From the NCBI GenBank assembly GCA_965153455.1, contig OZ234494.1, positions 4,464,001-4,528,000 of the forward strand: a DNA stretch of 64,000 nt, written 5' to 3'. The position numbers were made by a program, and so were the translations under genes. Positions 54,417 through 64,000 of this stretch are shown one piece after another (the first letter of the stretch is position 1; every line of letters starts with the position of its first letter). Below the pieces are notes generated by a model that did no database searches, was not told the origin of the DNA, and was given only the letters and a program-made list of their open reading frames with translations. The DNA is from Sphagnum compactum (Eukaryota).

Positions 54417-54668
54417 TAATGAAAATCATGTGAAGTTCATTCATTCATAGGTTCATACATTTTACACAAATTTTATACACTGAAAACACATTTGACACAC
54501 GAATAAATGTGTTAATGGATGAACTACAAACCAATGAATGAATGAACAAATGTCACTCAAATTTCGCATCTTTCTATAAATTTGTGTGTCAAATGTGTTT
54601 TCAATGCATTATATCAGTGCGTGAAACGTACAAATTGTGAATGAACAAATTTTGCAAGATTTCCATTA
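54417..54668. mobile_element. Fold-back MITE-like element
   Basis: Ends TAATGAAAAT / ATTTCCATTA; internal inverted 'tgaaaacacatttgacacac' / 'gtgtgtcaaatgtgttttca'. Confidence 0.65.
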
Positions 54669-55907
54669 CGAAATCATAAAATCCTAAGTTTGTGATAAGT
54701 TGAGTTCATCATTTCCATGTTATTTTCTATTGCTTTATTAACTTATTAGTTGTACATACATGTGCCATTGTAGCTCACAAAAGGCTTATACAATCAAATA
54801 ACAAGAGTTTTTTTTTCATAACTACAATCTATAATACATGTTTAAAAAACACCAAAAACATGAAAATAAAGGAAATTCTCCCTAGAGGTCCCACTATCCT
54901 TGAAAGCTTTATAGTTAACCTTTTATTTGAAAAACTTATCATTACGTAATCCATAACCACACACATGCAAATTGGATGTAGAAGAACCTCCTTAATTTTA
55001 TAGCTACTTTATGTGCATTACACTTCCTTTGTACTAAAATTCCATAAGCAAAAGCATGCACATTACAAAACCTCACATGTTTTTTACAAAAAAAAAAAAC
55101 CAAGACCATAAAAAAATAAAGGTAAAAAATATTCACCTCCTTGGGCATTTTTCCATGTTTGGTTTAACGTGTGGAATCTTATGCCTCATCACACATGGCC
55201 TTTCCTCTATTTGAAAAATTGATAACTTGCAAGCATAAACAATGGATGCCACAAGCAATATTACATACAAACTCCATAGCTTCACAATCTTGCAAAATAA
55301 ACAAAAGCAAAGAAGAGTTGTTTTGGGCAATTTTTCCTTCTTTGTTTTTTCTTTTAGCAAGATAATGCTTTTGAAAATTAAAAATTTTGAATGTCTTAAA
55401 CTTCATTTCCAAAAACCCCATATAACATTTTCTAAATTACATGTTTTCACAAAACCTATGGTATACTTTAAGGCTCCCATTTTATTTTATTTTGATTTGG
55501 ACATTGTTTTAATTTACTTGCACCTACTTTCATTCACAATAATCTTACTTAACTCTTGATTAAATATATTTTATCATACATAAAATCAAAAACCATATTA
55601 ACTTCAATTTTTCTACCCAACCAAATTACATGTTTGATAATTTCATGATATGTTTTAAGGTACTTATAATTCAACTTAGAAAAGTACACGAACTAGTTTA
55701 CTTGATTGTGCTTTCACCCCATTATAAAAAATATTAGTTTTTTTTTAAACTAGAAAAATCAATCAAAATGACCCCTCCCCCCCCCTCCTCGTAGTGTTTT
55801 GGTTCATTTATCCAATTTAACCAAAATGCCAATTTAGATAAGTTGATTTTGACATGTTGTAAATAGACCTTTTTTCAGGCCTTGGTAATTATATCCAAAA
55901 TGACATA

Positions 55908-56539
55908 GGGTGAAAACACAATCAAAAGAGTTAAGGGCATTAAAGTAAAAGTCATTTTTTAAAGATTGCACATGACACGTGTCATTTTTGTGTTAGTTTA
56001 TAATTTTAAAATTGTATTTCGAGTGCCCCCTTTAACATTTCATATTAGATATAAATAACATTTGATTAAAAATTGATTTTATATCATGTATATTACGGAT
56101 TCATGCCCTTTATCACATAGAAATGAACAACTTTTTCTTAAAGACACATTTTCAAAATCCATAATTTTTAAGGTAAAAAACACTTTTGAGCCAAATGTGC
56201 TCAAACGTGTTATAAAAACAATTTTCATTAGTTCAAATCCTTTTGCCCTTCTAACCATCAGTGTTAAAATCCTCTCCAATTTTTAAAGGAAATGGTGCAC
56301 ATTTGATTTTTTAAAAATATGTTTGAAAAAAAAGACATGTCCACTCTTGAGGATTGAGTGCTTTGAACATGCAAAAACATTAAATTGATTTGTGTTTAGC
56401 TTTGAGCATGTAAAATTTTCAAAAACAATTATGACAATCCCAACTATTATGTTTCCCTTATGATCTTTCAAACATACAAAAATGTAGTTTTAAGGAATGT
56501 CCATTCACTTGGGTGGCTCCTTTGACTATGTTTTTACTC
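55908..56539. mobile_element. MITE copy 1 (~23-bp TIR GRGTRAAAACAYARTCAAARGAG)
   Basis: Left 'gggtgaaaacacaatcaaaagag', right 'ctcctttgactatgtttttactc'; the body is homologous in inverted orientation to 61736-62920. Confidence 0.7.
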
Positions 56540-59500
56540 GGTAATACTGGGGAAGGTAAGTTCATTAGCTTTTAAACGCCTAATTCACCTCCTTACTTAC
56601 TTCACTACAACTATCCACATAATAATAACAAAACTCTATATGAAATAGATAATATTCATCCATTTTATAGTACTTTATTTTATCACCACTAGTTTTACCC
56701 CCTAGTAATATATAATGAAATACAACATTATAGTTAGAAAAACAATGTGACAACACCAAAAATTAGAAGGTATGGTAGTGACATGATGATAACTTTGCCG
56801 TATAACATAATTACCACCATAGGGCAACAAAGCATACCTTGCTTCCAAGAGGGTTAAAAACCTTAAAACCTAGTACCTTAGTTTTATTATACTCCCCTTA
56901 GATTTTCCCTACCATCTGCACCATGCTCCTAACATCCTAACAAAGTTGAAGAACATAAAACAAATTACACTAAAACGTTCCAAAAGACATGCAACTTTTT
57001 TATTGCCACAATAGAGGGACAAACTACCATGTTCTCCCCCCTATTCTCCATCAACATGTGGGAGTAAAATAATTAAAAAATAAAATTAAGTGGACTAGGG
57101 AAGGGAAGAAGAGGAAAAGAAGGAGAAAGAAAAAAAAAGGTGGGTAGACCAGAATGTCTGCCACCTTGGGAAAGTAAGAGTAGTCCCCAAAAGAGTGTAA
57201 GATCAAAAAGAAGAAAAAGGGATGAAAGAAAGAAAAAAACAAAGACATGGAAGGTCATGGAAAGAAAGAGAGGAGAGAGGATGAAGAGAGGAAAAAGACA
57301 ATTCGAACCTTCTTTTGACCATAAAGAAAGAACACCCAAGAAGATTCCCCACAAGAGAGTAGGGGTTGTCTTGTTCCCCTCCACCAAAGGTCACTTAACC
57401 ATTAACTAGCAATCCTTCAAAGGTCATCGAAAAAAGTCTCCCATTAATTTAGTTAGGGTAGATACTTCCTAAAATTACTCCTACTTTCTAAGTAGATGAT
57501 TTACCAACCCCCACCTTCTAGAAGGTGTGGATTGATATTTCTACCTACCAACCTAAATTCTAGCTAACTAGTAGGCGTCACCTCCCAAGGGAGATAATAA
57601 TAAAACTTACTACCGATAAAAGCTTTTATTAGGTTGCCCTTCTAATTAGACTAACACCTAGGCTAAGGCAAAAACTAACCCTAGGTTAACACACATGTCC
57701 ATTTTGACTAATGTCTTTTTGACCACCATTTTGATAGTAGTCAATATGTCCAAATTTTTTGTCAATTTCCACTAGTGATTTTTCGGCAATTAAAAACTTT
57801 GCTAGCCCATACAAAATTTATTATATTTTAATTAGTGTTACATAGGTAAATAGATAATAAGTAGATAGATAGGTTGAAAATATGTTATTTAATACCCTAT
57901 GTATCTACCTACATATTTACAATAGCCTACTTTAGATTCTTAATTTATTGGGTCGTTTATTTAGTATAGGTTAAACATATGAATAGGTTGCAAGTATGAA
58001 GAATTGAACCCTCCACACAAAAAACCAAGTCCTTAACTAATGGACCACCAACCATTATATGGTAATGAATTTTGTCAATTTATTCATCTAATGTGTTTTT
58101 CCAAATGTTGATATATCACTAGGTATGAAAGTAGGTAATAGGTAACTAGGTTTGAGGTAGGTGGGTAGGTAAGTTATATGTAGGTATATTGACTATCAAG
58201 TTACCTACCATACCTACCTACTTACTTAGCCCAAGCCTAGCCTACCCATTTACCTACCTATTTAGTAATGTCATACTAGTGTCAAAAAAACAAAAGGCCA
58301 CCATCAAATGAAAAATTTAAGATTAAAATGCATTGAAACTTTCCTAGTACAAGGAATTTTCATTTAATTTTTAAAAATGTTTGGATTTTAGTCATTTTTT
58401 TGCATTGAAATATCCAAGCTTTCACATGGATTTTTGGACCAATCACATGTTTAGGGATATCAACAAGGTGGCCTACCAATATTTGTGGTTAAAACAATAA
58501 GGGTTCATTATAGGATTTACAATTTGATAATTATTATAATTGCAAAAATTTGTAGTATAAGATGTGGAATTTTCAGAATGTCAAAGGTGAGCCACCTAAG
58601 AATGCTTTTACCCTTATTTAGCCTACTTGTTAGGCTTAAACTATCTATTTATCTTAATATAAATAACTTGGGTGCAAATACAAGCAAAGGGTGGTTACAA
58701 GTGAAGGTGGCTCATTTTTGGCAAATACAACATTTAACAAAGTCCATGTTTTAATAATAAAATGGAAAAAAACTTTGAAAACCAATGTTAAGTGGGGATT
58801 ATGCATAGTGATTAATGAAGGAACGAAGTTTAGATGAACAAAAACCCAATTAGATAGTGTTTTGACATATATGTTTAGAAAAGTAAAGTCAATCCAACAA
58901 AAAATGATTGAAATAAAGAATTTTCAAAATAAAATCTAAATTTTAAAAGTTCGTAACTATTTGTGGGTTCAAATTAAATTTTAATTTATTGAAATTCATG
59001 TTTTTTTTTCTAACATGTATCACATATTGAATCCTTATGAGGAATTTTGAAATGAAATTATATTGAAAATTTGAATCCTCAAGTAGATTCAAAACCACAA
59101 TCCATGATTCCAATTCAAAAGTCCGTAATTTTATGTTTGGTGTACATTTATTAAAATTTATCATTATGTACATATTCTTATTCAAGTTGGCACTTTTAAT
59201 CCAAATAATGTTTAGTCACATTGATGGTTTTAGAATATGTTTGTGGCAATTGAATAAATCACACTTTGCAAATAGTTCAATGTTACACAAAAAGTGAATT
59301 GCCCTACCTTGCAACTACTTGAAATGAGCCACTTTTAGTGTAACTAGTGGTTACATGACATATTTACAATTCTAGTATATTAAATTGATGCTAAAAATTT
59401 ATGTTGTATTTATCTATTTAACACTTGGGTAAGTTTGAAATAATCTAATAAATAAAAAATGTTTTTTAGCATGTTTAAAATTTGTAACCAATTTTTTTTG

Positions 59501-60739
59501 TGCTTTAAAAAAATTGTGTGAAACAATGTAATTTTTCTTGGTAAGTGTTATCTAATAAACACTATCATTCAAAACTTAATCATGATTATTCAAGAACAAC
59601 CTAAATGTTGCTAATAACTCCTTTTAAATTGTTTAGATGTCCTAACATATTAGTTATGTTAAGTTAGGTATGGAGTCTAGACTTAGCAAGTAAAAGCGTT
59701 AGCACTGCTAGGTAGGTAACATAGGCCTAGGCTTAGAGCCAATAGGTTATATAGGCTATGTAAACTAGGCTACCTAAAACCTCCCCTCTAGCCTATTAAT
59801 TAAGCTAACAAAAAACTTCCCAAGTTGTCATTTATTGTCAATTCAAACTAAAGCTAAAACTTTCCTTATTGGATTTAGAATTTCTTATGACAATGCATGT
59901 ACTTTTATGGAACATCACATTCATCATATGCACACATGTAGTGTTCTAGGTGTCATTCACACAATAAGTCAAGTTGGAGTTAAAAAGTTATGCTTTAGAT
60001 GTAAAAAAATAGTCTCTTTCTTATAGGTAGAACCAAATTAGCAAGGTCAATTTGATTAAACCCTAGTCATTTTGATGTACATTTTTATTGTGGCCCTTTT
60101 TTACTAGATGTCTAAATTGACTCATGGTAAAAAATGTCATTTTAATCAATTTATGCACAAGTAAAAAAAAAATGTCTTTCATGTCCTAGGCCTTTATTCA
60201 AAGTGAATATCCCCTTTGGTCAATGTGGGTATTTGAATCAAGTTGAACATTTTGAAAAAAAATGATTTCTTGTGGTGTGGAATCCAAACCATCATCACAC
60301 ATGAACTTTCTTTTGTGGCAAAAAATGCTTGCAATTTGCAAACATAAAGAACACATGCCACAAGCAATAACATACATATTTGCAAGTCCACAACCTCACA
60401 TTTTTGCAAAACAATAATCATAATGGATAGAGGTCAAGATGAACCATTTCAAACATTAAATTACATTTTTTTCTTTAATTTGGCTTTTGAGTTATACATC
60501 TTCAATGTTCATGACTCAAAGCCCTTCCATTGCACAATAAATGGTAGCAAACATATATAACATATGAATAGGAAGACCTCATAGTTCTACCATCACACTA
60601 CAAATTACAATGTGTGCAACCATGAGAAAAAAAAACATGACTCTAGAAGGGACAAAAATTTATATATGAACAAAAAGTCACATCAAAAATTGTGGCACAA
60701 CACCAATTCCTTAACTAATTTCCACCCCATTTTTCATTT

Positions 60740-61480
60740 TGCAAAATGCAACACCCCAAGGAGTCTTGTTGTCATTTATGGATATGCACAATTGACCTTT
60801 GTCTTGCCACAAGGCAATCTTGGTTATAACGAATACTTTGCAAAGTAATTTTACAAGCTATTTTTCATGAAAGTGATGATGTTCAATGATGTTTCATCTT
60901 TAATAGAACCCAAAACTTGGAAGACATCAATTGTAGTTACCTTGATATATTTCGAAAATTTATGGTTAAAAATGGCAAATGTAAAAACTTAATGTAAAAA
61001 TGGCAAATGTAACCATATGAATGAGTTCACAAAAAAATCTAGCAACATTAATTATGCACCATGGTCAACTTGACAAAATAAGACTACAGATCAAAGATGT
61101 GAATAGAAAGCAATGTAGGTACAAATTGGCCAGATTCACCCACCTTATAGGGAAGGATACAAAAGGTGGCTTTCGACACATTCATGTGGGTTTGAATATT
61201 CTAGTATGTGCATTTTTCATATTCCTAGGCTAAAATTGGGGGTACGCCACACTCAAAGATGTCATAATTTCATGTTCTTGGAAATGGCATTCAAGTTTTG
61301 TGACAAGGCTTTTAGCAACTCCTTCATAATATTTTGTTACTTTTGTCATTGACTACTTGAAGTCATCCTTGGTGAGATGTTGAGGGCGTCATACACCATC
61401 ATTTAACAATGAAAACACATTAGGATGAACAAAATGGGCAATTGAAAGTCCATTCCAATAGTCCATATCTAGTGTATATT
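60740..61480 (-). pseudogene. hAT (ZNF862-like) transposase C-terminal relic
   Basis: Minus strand reads LVTKLECHFQEHEIMTSLSVAYPQF, FDL*SYFVKLTMVHN and KFSKYIKVTTIDVFQVLGSIKDETSLNIITFMKNSL*N (GSVEDER-type dimerisation motif). Confidence 0.6.
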
Positions 61481-61735
61481 TAAAGCCAAGTAAACTAAGA
61501 TTAAAAAAATAATTTAAATGATGTCAAAATTAATTAATTTTTTTCCATTTCCAAGTTTATAAGTGGTATGAACTTGGAAATGGAATTTTAAAACACATTT
61601 GTTAAATATTGGTATCAAAAGAATCAATTTAAATATCAAAATGGATTTCACAAAACTTTGTGAATATTGGGTTTTGATTTTAAATTTAAGAAAAATAGAG
61701 GAACTTTTTTTACTTGATTTTTTCATCTTATATGT

Positions 61736-62920
61736 GGGTTGAAAACATAATCAAAGGAGCCACCTAAATGAGTGGACATTGCTTAAAGTTGTATTTTTGT
61801 ATTTTTGAAAAATCACAAGGGGAACACAATATTTTTTGGAATAAGCTCCATTACTTGCAAAGTTTGAATGTTCAAAATTTGATGCAAATCAAGAATATTT
61901 TTGCATGTTTAAAATAACCAAACTTTTATAGTGGAAAATATTTTATTTTTTTAAACACCTTTTTGGGTCAAATGTGCACCATTCATTTTCAAAATTGGAG
62001 AGCATCTTAACATTGATGATAGGGTGCAATCATGTTAAAGTAGGTCAATTTCTAATTCTTATTTTTTTGGTGAAAGTAACCATAAAATAAATCGTAATAT
62101 AGAATTATTTGAAATATTTTTTGACTTTATTATAATGATAATATGTTTTATGTTCTTAATATGCATTTAAATGGATTATTTAAAATGCAAGTAGATGTTT
62201 CAAATTAGTTTCAAGTAAATGAAATTAGGATTTTAATTAAAGTTTTGGTAACTTCAAGTTGATGGCACAATGAAATGTATTACTCATTTAAATTTTTTGC
62301 ATAAGAGAAGCCATATTTTGTCAAATCTATAACTTAAAAGTAAGGTTTAACACATTTGATTTGGCTAGTTTAAAACCTATTTACTACATTTTTTTTACAT
62401 TAAAGTTTTGAAACTTCGTATGCAATTTACTATAAATTTAATGAAGTACATGATGGTTTCATAATGATACTTGAAGAGGTTTTGAATTTTCTTTACTACG
62501 TTTATATCAAAAGTAAAATATCACAATGTCAAGGGATTTTGTTTTTGCCTACTTTTGCATGTGTGTTCCTAATTAATTGAATAAAAGGGATTGAAATTAG
62601 TGAAATTCGTTTTTACAACACATTTGAGGACATTTGGTTCAAATGTGTTTTTGGCACCGAAAATTATGAATTTTGAATATATGGGTTTAACAAAATTTAT
62701 TCAATTTTATGTGGTAAAGCTCATGGATGCAAAATAATGTACATGATATAGACAAAATATAATAAAAAATATTTATATCTGACACACAATGGTAATTTGG
62801 ATATGAAAAAATTTAGTTTTAAAGATTATAAACCAACACATGAATGCCACATGTCACTTGCAACCCTTGGAAAAGAACTTTCACCTTGGTGCCCCCACCT
62901 CCTTTGACTATGTTTGCATC
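61736..62920. mobile_element. MITE copy 2 (inverted relative to copy 1) with a nested ~550-bp TIR element at ~62020-62570
   Basis: Ends 'gaaaacataatcaaaggag' / 'ctcctttgactatgttt'; the nested insert is bounded by 'tagggtgcaatcatgttaaagtaggtcaa' / 'ttgcctacttttgcatgtgtgttccta'. Confidence 0.65.
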
Positions 62921-64000
62921 TTGTGTTATGATACTTTAATGTGTGGTGGTAGGGAATAAGCACAATAAATTGTGAATACAAATTACTTTGTCAAAACTAA
63001 ATGAAAATAAATGTAAAATAACATTAAAACCCATGAAAAAAATGGTTGTACATTGAATGTTTTTAATTGAATTATTTAAAAAAAATTCATTGATTTGCAT
63101 TCATTTTCAAATTTCAAATAATTTCAATTAGTTTTCTTTGCTTACGTGTTCAAAATGTAAGTAGTTTCAAAGTCTATATTTTTTTGTAGTGAGGGACATA
63201 TTTTATTTCTTGTAAAGTATGTGATAAGTAGGATTTTAAAAATATATATTTCACTTTTGATTAGAACCACACTTCAAAATATAATATATTTACATCTTAG
63301 AAAGTAAAGGACCAAATACATTTAAAAAGTAGACCAAAGGTGTCCCCATTTACAAATTTATCACCCACCAAATGGGGATATTCTTGGTCTACTTTAAAAA
63401 AAAATCTCTTTTTTCTTGGGAAATCAATTCTTATAGTAATAATAGTGTCTAGGTGCAGGAGGGTTTTCAATTATATTTTCACCCATTTTTATCTCTGTGT
63501 TTGGGTTTATATGCATGATACATGGTAAAGCTAAAGACTTTTTGTGTTCACCATGCTTTACAAAATTTTAGGCATGTTTTCCAATTCCATCGAAACCAAA
63601 AAGTCCATAACCATAATTTTTTGGACTATGACCTTGAATGTATCTTAGGTTGCAAAGTTCACCTTTAATTGAATATTGATGTTTTTAATGTAATTTCTTT
63701 AGAGTTGGAAGGGTTGAAATATAAATATAATTTTTAAAAATGCATTTGAATTTGTATACAACAAGACTTGATTAACTTTGAAAAAACTACAATTGTGGTT
63801 TCCATAAAAGTCCACTATAGAATGTTTTTACCTTTAGGGTATGGTAAACAAGGTGCTTGTGTCCAACAAATGAAAATATAAGGCACTCAACATCCTCTCC
63901 ACCATGTGGGTCAAAAATTAGTTTATAGGTAGCATGGTAGCATGGCATCAACAATGGTTTCGATAACATTGATTTCATCCTTAGATTTAGCATCATAATT

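Noticed and set aside
57051-57409. Lys/Arg-rich and Phe-rich overlapping ORFs
   Set aside because: Purine-rich low-complexity tract.
63180-63191. CACTA right end (TTTTTGTAGTG)
   Set aside because: No convincing matching left TIR or TSD found in the window.
63787-63996. Possible upstream part of the minus-strand hAT relic
   Set aside because: Only a weak resemblance (LRMKSML versus TRWISML) and truncated by the window edge.

Overview
AT-rich eukaryotic (land-plant) genomic DNA. The intron style and repeat families suggest a bryophyte, possibly Sphagnum; this is an inference only. The window holds one intact host gene: an 11-exon, 933-aa secreted GH127/GH146 (DUF1680) beta-L-arabinofuranosidase-like protein with a C-terminal AbfB-like domain (444..8091, +). 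The remaining ~55 kb is a nested transposon graveyard. It contains a Mutator-like element with a convergent Ulp1-protease-bearing gene, a PIF/Harbinger pair (transposase plus Myb-like partner), a Sola2-like transposase, two hAT relics, three non-autonomous CACTA-like elements, two solo LTRs of one family with perfect 5-bp TSDs, MITEs and several tandem arrays. The most unusual item is a 2.4-kb TG...CA element with a 5-bp TSD (36558..38963). It carries an apparently self-contained small transcription unit: CCAAT x3, TATA, a 140-codon frame broken only by three C-to-T-type stops, and AATAAA. The ORF track misses this frame.
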